DNA of 64,000 nucleotides. Source: Oopsacas minuta. Taxonomy: Eukaryota; Animalia; Porifera. The notes under the pieces were generated by a model, which did not search any database, was not told the origin of the DNA, and worked only from the letters and a program-made list of their open reading frames with translations. Made by a program: the position numbers and the translations under genes. Below are positions 51,567 to 64,000 of this stretch, piece by piece. Location: contig JAKMXF010000328.1 of assembly GCA_024704765.1 (NCBI GenBank), forward strand, positions 247,260 through 311,259, given 5' to 3'. Numbering within the stretch: the first letter of the stretch is position 1; each line of letters starts with the position of its first letter.

Positions 51567-52600
51567 CAGGACCGTATTAATCATGAGGCACTAGGGGCTG
51601 GTGTCCCAGGGCCCCTCGACTTTTAGGCCCCCACGATAAATTCGGGGTCCCTGCATAACTATCGGATCACTGAATAATGTACGGCCCCCTCCCTAATAGT
51701 TTAGGAGTATTATAATCTGTTGTTAATTTATATTATGTTAAATTTTGTCTATAGTACGATATCTTTATCAAGAAATTTCCTTAGAACAACATTTATCCAT
51801 AAATCCTTATCTCTAATCTCTAATCCATAAACATTGTATAATATTATATTTGAACTAGTATGATTTATTTTACAGCAAATTTAATGGCTGAAAGATGCTA
51901 CAAAAGTAGAGCTTTCAAACGACGGAAAAAGGATGAGTCAGAAAAAGCATTGTCTCAGTCATTAAAGAGTAATCTAAAGTTAGGAAACTTTCTCGTAACT
52001 ACTTGTACTGAAGAGAATGTTCCTCCTATTCTATGTGCTCCCGACCACGATATTAATAGCAGCTTATCAATAACACAACAAGAATATTCTAGTCAATCTA
52101 GTGGTGAATTCGAATTTGAGCAGGATGATACAATTGCTAATTTATCAAGTGCAAATGAATAAACTACATTTAGTGATAACCCTTCTACTTGGTCCCATGT
52201 TACTGAAGCAATGCAGCCATGCTGGTAGAGATATTTGCCAACATATTGACGATGACTTTATGGCTTCACTACATAAGTATGCCAATGAAGATTTCTATAG
52301 ACACTGTACGAAAGATATGTTTTGCCGTAGACATTTAAAGAGTGGAGAGCTGGTACTCCGTAAATGGTTGATATACTCGCCTTTATTCGATGACCTCTTT
52401 TGTTTACTTGTAAACTGTTTGATTCAGATATAAACCATTGCTCCTTTGAAAAGGAAGGTTTTAGAGATTGGAAGCATGTTGATAGGGCATTAACTAGGCA
52501 TGAGAACAGTGAGATGCATAGACAGTCTTTGTTAAAATATCTGCAAAGTAAGAATGTTGAAGGTGGAATCGATACAAATGCAGTTAAACCTCCATAGAAA
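51567..52600 (+). mobile_element. 5' part of a ZMYM1-type hAT element (TTF zinc finger)
   Basis: Terminus CAGGACCGTATT with GGGCCCC motifs; RKWLIYS..LFCFTCKLF, GFRDWKH..LTRHENSEMH. Confidence 0.75.
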
Positions 52601-52869
52601 ATTGCATTTTCTTTGTGTTAGATTTATTTGAAATTTGCCGTTGATATTTGTCACTGAAACTGGGCTTATTGATAGATTCCATTTTCAAAAACTGGGAAAA
52701 TAGGTCTTTTACCAGTTTTAGCAGGGGCGGCGCTAGCGCAGCAGCCTCAGAGGATCGGGCTGATGTGTTGGGGAGGCGAACCTCATAATTGTAAATATGT
52801 AATTACAATTTCAGTACCAAAGTATATAATTTTACTAACAAGATATAGTCAAATACTCGGTTCTTTTGC

Positions 52870-53500
52870 TTGTACTATGGTCCTATCGCAGTATGCGGTG
52901 CGGTATCTCTGCGAAACGGTTGATAATGGTCTACCTATCCACCTATGCGTATAGGATCTGCGCATAGACATTAAGGACTCCGATATCAGACAAGCGAGTG
53001 TCACCCATCGTTAAGCGATGGAAGTTCTTTATCCTCTACATCGCATTTGTGGGGCTCGATAAAGTTGAGTATTCCCATCAAGTCTGAGGGGAGGTCGTGG
53101 CTTCCATTCTCGAACGTAATGCGTAGTAGGTCGATCTCTGTCTGCACGATGTTCCGTTTCTTCGTCACGTCATTAAAGTTACACATCGACCAAATCTGCT
53201 CAATGTCAATGCGCATATGCCGCCGCGGACAGCCAGATTCTCCTTCGATAGAATTCTCATCTGCAGTTCTGCCAAAGTCTTGTTACACATGGGCATAAAT
53301 ACCTCTCTTCGATAGCCATCAGACTACCTCAATCCAACAGGACAACCATGAACTGCGCGAACCACTGCCTGTACAATATCCGCCGCCGCTTGTAGATATC
53401 CTCCATACTTCGTCCGCCAATGGAATCTGAGGCCTCTCCAGCCATAAGCAGACTGTTTTGATGACTTATATGGCCTTCTCTACGCATTCGATTTCCCCAA
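52870..53500 (-). pseudogene. hAT transposase C-terminal remnant
   Basis: YRREVFMPMCNKTLAELQMR and TMGDTRLSDIGVL...IINRFA. Confidence 0.6.
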
Positions 53501-55436
53501 TCTTATAACGCGGCAATTATATGAATTCTCAATTCTTAGAGATTACATTCACGAATTCAGCCAACGGTGCTATAGCATAAACAAATTTCCTAAATTGCGG
53601 GCTGGGGAGAATAAATAAACGGACCGCGGGCTTTACGGGTCGCACCCCAGAGTATAATAGTACTGTACATGTACGTATATATTTTTCGGAATAATATGAC
53701 CCAAAGCTGAAGGGGTGTGCCCGCCCGCCCCGTTGTATTCTCAGTCTATGGCAGCGCCAATAGCATTGAATTGTAATGGAAGAACAATTTCAGTAGTTTA
53801 CGGCTTCTAGCCCCCCTCACACCGTCACTGCTAACTAGGATTTTACGTCAAAAATCTAAAAAAGTGTTAGCAAAATGGGTGAAATTCCATGAACATTTTT
53901 CGAATTATTAGCTATAAGTAGAATTTACTTTTTGAATAGATTTAAGTTTTATACGGCCTAAATGACTGCTTCATGGCACAGCAATATTCAAATATACTCT
54001 ACTATAACCGATTACGGTCAAAGTGTTACGTTCATAAAGGAAAGGAACACTAACATTTTACTATATCGCGTAACCCAATTTCTGCACCCAAATCGAGATT
54101 TTAAGGCCTTTTTGACGTCATAAAATTGCACATTTTCCCGGCTGTATTCGGTTAATAGAAAATCGAATTAATCGCACACGTTTAGCATGAATAGTAGTGG
54201 AATGAAACTCGATTTTGTATGAGTCGGTCAAATATCTTTCGAGTTATGACGTCACTAATATTTGATTTTTTTTGCACTCCGAGATGAAATATCCCCAAAA
54301 TAGAAAAGTCTCTATCTTACTTTAAATGTCGGAAATGGAAGTTTGGCTATGATTACGCTAAAAATTCCCAATAATGTGAATTGGTGTGTGAGAAAATCAT
54401 AAAGTTGGTGAAATTGTATTTCGAGTTGATCTAATATACGTGAAAACTGGAAATGAAACTGATGGCACAATTCAAACCAGAACTATGACGGAGCACTCGG
54501 GGATATTTTAGCGCTTAACTTTTTGTTGTTGTGCCTTTCCTTGTAATCAATTCTTAGAATTGGACATATTAAGGACTCCAAATTTCCCTGTGAGTAATGC
54601 ATAAATCCACTAGTAACCGGTTAAAGGGCTCAATTTGAAAATCAAAAAAATCAGCAACTTACAACAGAGATAGACGTACACAACGTATTATCAGTGTATA
54701 GAAAATCGGCCCTAAGGAACATAACAGTTATCCAGCATTCTGATAAAATTCATATTGTTGCTTTGAGAACCACTCGTAATTCATTTTTCATACTTTTTGG
54801 ATTAACGATGATTGCTGATTGGAGAGCGTAGATATTTACTTTCATTGTTTAAGTTAGATATGAGCGAAGCGAGCCCCAAAATATACTGTTTGTAATTTAG
54901 GTTCAATAACACAACAATTGAATAACACGTTTATCCCCTACGGAATCCGCCACTGGTGGGGGCCCTAAGCCATGGCTTAGTTGGCTTATAGGTTAATCTT
55001 CTGAGCCTGAAGCTAATATATGGAGAGATATGTGAAACAGTTGTGGTACACTAATGTGGGATATATTAGCCAAATTATTGGCCTCTACTTCAAACTGTAT
55101 CTTATGCAATAACATTAAAAAATATGAATGCTTTGCTACCCTTCAAGTCCAATCTGGAAAACACACGAAATTTAAGAAGATGAAACCCCAATAGTTGCTT
55201 ATATATTTTATCTCTAAAAGCAACTAATATTTCACTGATGTGTGACTTATCTTATTGTATACTTGTATCAAACCAATCTACCTTTACTTCTTAGACTGTA
55301 TTATTCTGTAATCTTTTATCTACGTATAACATTATATTGTTACATAACCAATAGACTTCAACAATATCCATGGTCCTTAAAATCGCACAAGAACAATTTC
55401 TAAGTTCACAATTTGGATGAATTCCATTTAATTCAA

Positions 55437-55891
55437 GGGCGGGTCGTTAGTACAAATGTCAAAATCTGCATTAGTCCAAATTTTTGGTGATGTTTGCGTG
55501 AGTTGGATCTGTAGCAGGCTGTGAGCATGTGAGTTGCTGAGAGTAATTAGAACTCACGTTGGAAGGTGGTAGAATTGGATTTTGACAGGATTATCTAGCT
55601 AGATTGGCTTGAGCTGAGAAGATGAGCATTTCAGTCGACTATTTGGATAACTAGTGTTGTTTTGATTGGATTATCGTTGGATCTGGAGCAGGCTGTGAGT
55701 TGCTGAGAGTATTTAGATTCAAAACAACAAAAGGAAATGACAATATTTCCTCGCGACGAAATTTCACCGTGAATGCATGCATTCGATCACCAAAAATTTT
55801 GACTATTACCGATTTCATATTTTGACTAACGTGAACATCTGAAATTTGGACTATTGCATACATACGAATTTGGACTAATGTATGCGCCCCC
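55437..55891. mobile_element. MULE-like MITE with subrepeated TIRs
   Basis: Ends GGGCG../..CGCCCCC with repeated ATTAGTCCAAATT / AATTTGGACTAAT units, plus an internal duplicated GCAGGCTGTGAG..GTTGCTGAGAGTA block. Confidence 0.6.
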
Positions 55892-56612
55892 AAGTTTCTT
55901 GTAAGATTTATCCATAACATAACAGATTGTCAAGTTATTGATGAGTACCCCATTGAATAAGTTATGCAATCGTAAATGTATTGATTGACTCTTGACAGAG
56001 TTTTACAAACCTTATAAATATAGTCAATTAAAGGAGCATTTTGTTGACATTTGCTAAGTAAGCAATCAGATGACGTCATATCGACTTGGAAATAATTTGT
56101 AGAGATAGAATATGTGTATTGTTAAATATCAATAACCTATTTTCGGTCCAAAGGAAATTTTTTAAGATTGTTGCTACTTCCCATTCAACGATACCAATAA
56201 ACTAACGGTTTACGAGATATGTTAACCCACTGGCCTAACTTGGTCATAGAGTTAGCCTGAGTTGAATACGAGGTGACTGTCCAGGTAGTTTAGAAGTCCA
56301 TAATCCTATTTATTTACTATTTACCAAATAAAAGCTTCAATTACAATTACTATAAATACGTAAAATACAATTCTATAACGACAGGCCTGCTGTATGTGGA
56401 GATTAGTACTTCTATAAATAGATATCAATATTTGACATTTAAGAAAACTAGATCCCTGTTATCTCAGGCTTTTGTGAGTGAATACACAGTAAGCTATGTT
56501 GTTACTAATTAACCGAGAATTATCCCTTAATCAATATATGGTGGATACATTAAGTCACCAGTAATTTATCTTAATACAAGAATATAGCTTAATAATGTAC
56601 ATCAAATCTTGA

Positions 56613-58861
56613 TTAACTAATGCAATCCTGAGAAGGGAATTGTATAAATTCTGAAAATTCTGAATAAACTTTCTGTAGATTAACATTTCGAGCAATCAGT
56701 TCTAATAAATTAGATATAAATACAAGGTTATGTGAAACTAATGCTTGTATTGGTGTGAGAGCAATTATTTCAGATATATTTAGTAACGGTTGTAGTAATT
56801 CTGAAAATAATTCTCTCAGTTGAGATTCTAAATCATGGTCAGATAGAAATTGAACATAACGAAATAGCCATCGTTGAAGATCAGTCCGAGAGTTCATAGC
56901 TAGTGAACTATTGAGTTGAGATTCGAGAAAAAACTGATTTCTAGCAAAAGAACTCGCTCCTGCAATATGTAGGGAAGAATATGGATGTGCCATCCCTTCA
57001 ACTTGTGGATCAAGTGAACTTGTAAGTTGAATACTTTGCCAGCAATTGAACTTCTTATTGTAGAGGAAGGACGTGTCGTTAGAGAGTGTCAGGATAGGCC
57101 CAGGGTCTTTGACTGTTAGATTAATTATATCAACCTTCTTGTTAATTAGTAGAGGAGATACAGGTTGGGCTGTAATTACACATTTTAATTGTGGAAATTC
57201 CCACATGTACATATCATATTTAGAAGTTACCACAAGGAGAGAGCTACAACCAATAACCATTTTAACTAATTGAGCTGGTAATAGTAGTGGAGCAACTAAT
57301 CTACGGCCACAGCTTGTAAAAATGTGTAGGCTACAATCTACACATGAAGTCACTACGTAACTGGATGAACAACAATAAGAAATGACTTTACTAGAAATAA
57401 TAACATCCCAAAATTTGGAAGTAACAGAATTAGGTTCTGCGCTAGTAACTTTAAGCAGAGCGCCATAGGACCGTATATTGTCTATATGCAGAGAGTAGAA
57501 TGGTGTTTCATGTGAAAATGAACGAGAAATAGACCGAAAATCTAATTCAACAGATGATTCCTTTACATCAGAAGGGATTTCCACTACTTTATTAGGAGCA
57601 GAATCAATTGGAATCATTGGAGAATTAGGGTGAAAACATTTAGATGTGACGACAGAAATATTTTCAATATTATTAGATGCAGGAACAACGCTAAGAGGAG
57701 AGGTTATTGCCAAAGAGTTAGCGTTAATCGCGTCTTGAATAGTAGAGCCAATTGAATCAACTATAGGAGATGGGTTATGTTGGGTTATTAAATCATCAGA
57801 AGACACATGATAGTTCATGCTTGGGGCCGAATTTGATCTTGAATTTAATCGTACTGATGAACTAGTTGTTAAATGAGGGACAAATGCATGATCTGGTTGT
57901 AGAGGGGGAGATATGAACAAAGGTGTTATTCTCCGTTTTCCATCTTTAGTTCGTATTTCAACTTGTTCTGTATTCACATTTTGAGCTAGTGTTGAAGATT
58001 GTATAGACTTATGTTGGGGATCTCGGTTCGCAAGAGTGATTGTAGGAGTAGAGTTCTGCAAGGCAAGTAGTTTTGGAGTCTCAAAAACAAAGTTAGTTGA
58101 AATTTTGTCAAGTGATGAAGGAAGAGCCGTACATCCATATATTTCCATGTGAAGTCTCAGAAGGAGTGAGGATTCGAGAACATAGCCCAGTTCAGCTTCA
58201 GAAAATTTGAGTAGGGCAATTGAGCTATCCCAAGAGCAGGCTAGGAGTCGATATCCGTCAGAAGACCAAGAAAGATCAAGTATGGAACTTGAAAAAACTT
58301 GCTCAACAAGTAATATTGGCTTGGTTTTCGCAGTGTTCCAAATTGAAATTGAACTGTCCTTAGATCCAAGTGCCACAATAGTATGGCTCTGAGAAGATTT
58401 TAGATCGTAAGAGAAGAGATTGGAATTAAATGCTGCAACTTCAATTGCTTTTTGATGACCCACAAATGACTTATCATATTGCCAGTTGTTTCGATCAACT
58501 ATGTGGGAAACAGGAAATGTATTGTTGAGTGCATGTGCTGTCACAATATTGCGTCCATCAGGAGACCAAGATAATCTCAAAAGATGAGTTGTACCAGAAC
58601 AGTGGTTGAATGGCTGTGAAATTTTAGTCTCCATGGACCAATCTTCAGTCCGCCAAACTCGAAGGGTACGGTCATCAGATTGAGAAGCTAGATATTTACC
58701 AATTGGGTCCCAACATAACCCTTTGACCATTCCGGAGTGTTGTTTAATTATGTGATGTTTCGCAGGTAATTGAACACCGTTCCATATTATGATGGTGTTA
58801 TCAACACTACAAGAGGCTAGGTATTCATCAGAGAGTGACCAACTGAGGTCAAGAACTTCAC
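56613..58861 (-). CDS. HIRA: Histone chaperone HIRA, large 3' exon (5' exons not found in the window)
   Basis: EVLDLSWS..YLASCSVDNTIIIWN, HSGMVKGLCWDPIGKYLASQSDDR, TTHLLRLSWSPDG, B-domain IRTKDGKRRITP and a C-terminal Hira domain. The acceptor TCTTTATAG|GT lies at 58862/58861. Confidence 0.93.
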
Positions 58862-58894
58862 CTATAAAGATATCACAATGTGAATTAGTGTAAA

Positions 58895-59435
58895 TATAGG
58901 TTTGTATATCCAGAATTGATTGAAGAAAATGGAAGACCCTTGGGGCTGACTTTTGGCATACAGGGGTTTATGAGGCCTGGTTCGGACAATTTCGAATCTA
59001 GGAAGAAATTATGACGTAATTGTCAACTTTTTGGAACTTAAAAATCACATTACTAACCACTGCTCAGCCAAATACATGATGGTTTGAAATTTGAGCCACA
59101 GGTACCCCTCAATGGGACAAATGCAAACTCATCATGGCTATACAAAATATTCTAAATTGTCCAAATTTCGGAAAATTCTAAAGGGCCCAGATTACTAACT
59201 AAAAGCCACGTAGCAGCTCCAGTATTACGACAGAAGGCCATTAAATGGAATTTGGATAGACTAAGGATAATAAAAAATACAAATACCCGCAAAAATTATC
59301 CTCGGGGAACATAGTGCCCAGTGTAATACCCAGTCGAGTAGTGACCAAACTATCAAGAAATTTAGCTATTTAATACTTAAGCTAACCTGAGGTACTAAGC
59401 TGTCGCGGAGCGACCTAGCAAGCGAACCGCGCTAG
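58895..59435 (+). mobile_element. Near-complete Helentron-like non-autonomous element in the HIRA intron
   Basis: Colinear with 5295-5865 plus 6929-7000; ends AGCAAGCGAACCGCGCTAG. Confidence 0.7.
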
Positions 59436-59819
59436 ATAGCAAATATACTGTGCCATAACAGTCTATGCACTAAAGCAGAGGTGCTCAAACTTTTAAACCT
59501 ACGGGCCACTTTAAAAATTAGGCTCGGCCTTACGGGCCACAAATCATAGATTGCTCTCATATAGCATTAACAATGGATTCTACTTGTAAATTCAGGTTAT
59601 TGACTTAAATTATAATCTTTTAAATAGATTCGAATCATTTGATGTCTCTTTTGAACTCAGCTTGTTTTCTAGCAAGTGGAGAATAGTACTAAACCTAGAT
59701 TTTGGGGTATACTATGTACTGTTCATACTAGAATAACATTGCAGAAAAATCTCGCCATTTCAATTTAGGTTCTGCCTCCTATGTTATACTTGTGAAGCTC
59801 TAATAATTGATAGAATTCT

Positions 59820-60830
59820 AAATGCAAACTATAGTTACCAATAGTGGGTATTGGCAAGTTGATACGAGAACGGAACCTAATTGTATACCGTTAGACCCCG
59901 GTGCTCGTATAAGTCCGCGTTTTCACCAGGACCAGGATTAGGTTTATTCGACTTCAATGTTATGCCATATGGGTTGACAAATGCGCCGGGAACCTTTCAA
60001 ATGTTAATGAACCAAGTAATGCAAGGTAAATATTCACATAACTTGAAAATGGGATCCAAATTCATTTAACCATGGAGAATTCGCAGACCTGCCATTGAGG
60101 GGTTATAAACAAATTTGACAACGAATTGAAACGCAAGATGAAATTCTATAACGTTTGTATAAGTCCCATGTTTATAGTAAGCTAATTCGTCGCACTTGTA
60201 CCTTACACACTTAGGTCTAAGTTTATATACCAGTGTCATGATATAAACAATGGATCGGCTGAAGGATGAGGGATATTCGCTAGGAACGTATAAAGACCTT
60301 AATGAATACTTAAACTTGCAATCTGTCAACAAACTAAGTCGTTGCCTAAGGAACAAACACAGTGTCTACCATTTGGGAGACCAATGGAATATTTTCAGTA
60401 GATGTGTTAGAAGTACCCTGCTCATTTAGTAGAAATCGTTATCTTCTGTTTTGTATAGATAGTTTTATCAGATGGATCGAGTGGATTCAAAGCCTTTGTT
60501 GAAACTAAATATGACTAGGGAGCGACATTTACCTCTTGCATTGTATGTTTACAGAACTTCCATAATAATGCTTCAACGGACGTGTCTCTATATTTATTAA
60601 TGTATGGAAGGGAACCAACTGAATTGTGACGTTTTGATTTCCCTGTGGAATATATCAATACACAAATTATTATGACCAAGTTAGGGAAAGACGCAGAAAT
60701 TAAAGAAATTGTAGAAGCCAAAGGAGGGATTAGAATGCAAGAGTATAAAGCTAAGAATATATCTGAGAATTAGTAAAACGTCCTCAAAGATTTCTTACAG
60801 TGAGTAAGCTCAAGGCCGAGTTTAAAAGAT
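59820..60830 (+). mobile_element. Gypsy pol remnant (RT and integrase fragments)
   Basis: SGYWQV; FNVMPYGLTNAPGTFQMLMN; VDVLEVP..RNRYL; LMYGREP. Confidence 0.75.
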
Positions 60831-61039
60831 AATGGGGAGAATTGTCATGCTTCCGGGCAATTATGAAATTCAGATTTTCTAATTATCTTGTCATTCATTC
60901 ACTAGTTATAAAAATTCGACTTAATTGGCATTCGATTGAACCGGTATCAATCTTGTTCATTTGATCATATATTGTACTTTTAAATGTTTAAACCAGACAG
61001 GAATCATTTCCCTATACACCAAAAGATATTGAACAATTC

Positions 61040-61210
61040 GGTTGCAACTAGACCCAAGTGTCGTGTTCAAATTTCGCATCAACAAGACACGAAGGACAAA
61101 AGTAAACACGAACAGGACACAAGACGAAGCACGAAACACTAAATATCCCGTTCAATACGATCGAACACGGTTCGCCTTCGTACTGTGATCGTTCAGCTCT
61201 AGTTGCAACC
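61040..61210. mobile_element. 171-bp MITE-like element
   Basis: Perfect 13-bp inverted ends GGTTGCAACTAGA / TCTAGTTGCAACC with internal ACACGAA motifs; the TSD is unclear. Confidence 0.55.
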
Positions 61211-62757
61211 TCGATTAATAACCAAAGATAAATTCGGATCTCTTATTTTTATGAAAACATATTTAATTAGTTGGCAACTAATCAAAGAATTTAATTATGG
61301 TGGCAAACCAAAAATAGAACTCAGATAAGAAGTACCCCTCGGGAAAGTAAATTAGTGTAGTAACCGAAGTAGGTCTTATCCGAATCTTCTTCTTATATAC
61401 AATTAGTACAAAAATATAAGGCGTTTTGGAGATAAGTAGGAGATATCGGAATTTGTTATACCTACTTTAGGTATTAGTCCTAAACCAAAATGTGAGTTTG
61501 TCTTAAAGAAATTCAGAGTTTGGAATTTGTCCTAGATTGAAATTCTGAATTTCCCCATAATCTATCATATAATTCTCTTCACATACTTGTAAAATACAGT
61601 ATATAATGAATAGAGTGATAACGCTGGAGGCACAGATTTTTGGGCCAAAAATATCACTAAAACCAATATATATATCACGATATCCACTAATTTTGTATGG
61701 GTATTGTGTATTCGGTACAAGAATGAAGGAATAAACATATCACTATATCCATTATGTACTGTAGCTCGGTGCACCGAGTTTTAAATCCGGGTTAGGGGCG
61801 TAGCTAGAGTTTATTGTTTAGGTAGGCCTGAGTCTAGCAGGGCTACTGTATATTCTTACAACACCTAGTGACGAGGCCCAGGCCTCAGTAGACATCTGCA
61901 AAGCACGCGACTGATTCAGGGAATTCCCTAATAGATGTTTCTAAGCCGCGATCCACAAGCCATTAGGGCAAATAAAATAGTTTGCGAGCAACAAGATTCC
62001 CCACAAAGACAACTGAGACGGAGTGTTTTGATTTGTCATGAGATAACAATTAAAGGAATAATTCGGAAAAGGAAATAGTTAGTGCAGTTTCTAATGCAAG
62101 TTTACATATTCGCGTTTGGTAGAAACCCACTCACAGGTTCACAAAGTTCGGGCGGGTACAACTCTAAGATGTTTAACAGACTTTTATACGCAATTAAATA
62201 GCCTGCCTGGGCTGTTACTAGTTAAAGTAGAGTAATTTTTGATATTGCTGAGTCATTGTCGCTTCATTTTGGTTCCAATTAGGCTGCATTCTACGACGTT
62301 GCCATAGCAAAGAGAGGCTCTTTTCAAACTAAGAGAGCACTACCCCCTCAGTTTTGTGGAAATCAGTTCCCTAATAAAATAAAAAAAGTCACAAAAATGG
62401 TGAATTACGTGATATAAGGACTGGATATTACAAGTATTTTCTGGGATAGGGATAAATAAGAAGTCATTGTAGTATATTTGAAGTATAACTATCTCATGAT
62501 ATTGGCAAATATACTGCAGCTTTAATAAAGTTTAACAAATGTGATGTAATGAATTAAATCACACATCTAGAAAATATTTTCAGGTCCAAAAGATGTCACG
62601 TGTTCGCCTAATAGGTTGATATGTTGGAAAATGCTCCAAGTTTGAAACGCTATTAAACGATAACTGTCGACAATATATTTCAAATTTAAATTATGAAACA
62701 TTCTAAAAGATTTTAATACAAAATATCAAAATTTTCCATGATCAAATTGGCTAGTTC

Positions 62758-63124
62758 TTGAGTTAAATATGAAACCATGGATTGCACTTCCATGTCAATA
62801 TTCACCCATAACTTGATAATCGTTACAGTTAGAGTCAAGATAGCCAAATTATATTACATGCTCAAATTCCCATACCCTGATAATACAGTTTGATATGATA
62901 TCTTGTACCATTGTAACTTAATCCTGAATATGCCCAATTATGGCCATTTTCAAGATTTCGGAAAAATATTCTGAGGTATCACATCAAATTGTATAATCAG
63001 GGTATGGGGAATATGGGTATGTAATGTAATTTGGCTATTTTGATAAGACTATAACTGCAACGATTATCGAGTTATAAGTGAATATTGACATAGTAGTACA
63101 ATCAATGATTCAGCTGTAACTCAA
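62758..63124. repeat. Imperfect inverted pair of the dispersed GGGTATGGG family
   Basis: 62758-62900 is a diverged reverse complement of 62975-63124 (e.g. ATGTCAATATTCAC.. / ..GTGAATATTGACAT). Confidence 0.75.
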
Positions 63125-64000
63125 GAACATTACCATGACAATTATAGATATTTTTACAAAAATAATTTTCGACTAATTCATAATTGAACTATGAATCCTA
63201 GATCAATTATTAGTTTAATAGCGTTAGCATTTCCAATATATCAGCCTATAGGCGATAACATGACATCTTTTCGACCTGAAAATATTTCCTAGATGCGAAA
63301 TGGGTGATTTAACACATCATATTTGTTAAACTTGGTGATAGCTTCAAAATATTTGCTAATCTATGGTATTTTTAGGTATTTAAATTATGTTGTACAGATA
63401 TGTATACGTATTAGCTGAGCTAGACCCTCACTTGTTAATCCAGGGAATTTTTGCAATATTTACAAACTCTCTTCTCTATATATTTCTTATAATAAAGTCG
63501 AGCATCCATAATCTGACACCTGTGTAATCAGGAATTTCCCTAAACTGAGATTATTTTTGTTCGCGGATCGTTTTTGTAATGAAGACAACCCCAATATTCC
63601 GGAACCTCGCTATCCGACAATTTAACGATAATCGAGTAATGTAAATTCGACTTATTTCGTCTATCAAAAAACGTCAAATTATGGAGGTTATTTACCTACA
63701 TAATCTGACAATATAGTTTTCTAGGTATGTTGAATCTAGTATATTCCTAGCATAACATAACACAACCATAAGGCTTGCATTGACTTTTAAACCTCTATAA
63801 TCAGACAGTTTCTTTCCTTTTCAAATAATATTATGGCTCTTCGAAGGGGTATGGGAAAAGGTCCGTGAAATTTTGAATTGAATGGATTTGTTTGTTGTAG
63901 TGTAATCGGGATGTTAATTGGTTTACCTTTGTCAAACAATTTTAATTGTTTCTTCGATATGATAATAGTTATACACTTATACTACAGTTCAATATAATGA

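Noticed and set aside
53600-53760. GC-rich patch as a tRNA or other ncRNA
   Set aside because: No cloverleaf, A/B boxes or recognisable ncRNA motif; more likely transposon-end debris.
60066-61774. Short minus-strand ORFs as the missing HIRA 5' exons
   Set aside because: None contains HIRA N-terminal WD40 motifs; they overlap gypsy and MITE remnants.

Overview
This is an AT-rich eukaryotic (animal) genomic window dominated by decayed DNA transposons. It holds three recognisable host genes: CPT2 (25012-26952, -), DCAF11/WDR23 (44069-45445, +) and the 3' part of HIRA (56613-58861, -; its 5' exons were not found in the window). There is also an NHL-repeat gene disrupted by a small hAT insertion. 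The near absence of introns and the NHL family architecture suggest a glass sponge (Hexactinellida), but this is inference only. Mobile elements seen: hAT (Buster-, Ac/BED- and ZMYM1-type), Tc1/mariner (three), P/THAP9-like (two families), MULE, Helitron and Helentron-like non-autonomous elements, a Ginger1 element and gypsy remnants. The main observations are: (1) a frameshifted RAG1-like transposase at ~36.9-38.6 kb that the ORF track does not show; (2) a ~7 kb palindrome at 12252-19225 with ~3.2 kb apparently identical arms, centred on a foldback element built from 25-bp subrepeats; (3) a full-length Ginger1 integrase-OTU element with CCGG TSDs nested in a gypsy integrase; (4) three separate OTU protease remnants, two of them clearly inside transposons. 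All translations and comparisons were done by eye; no alignments or database searches were run.
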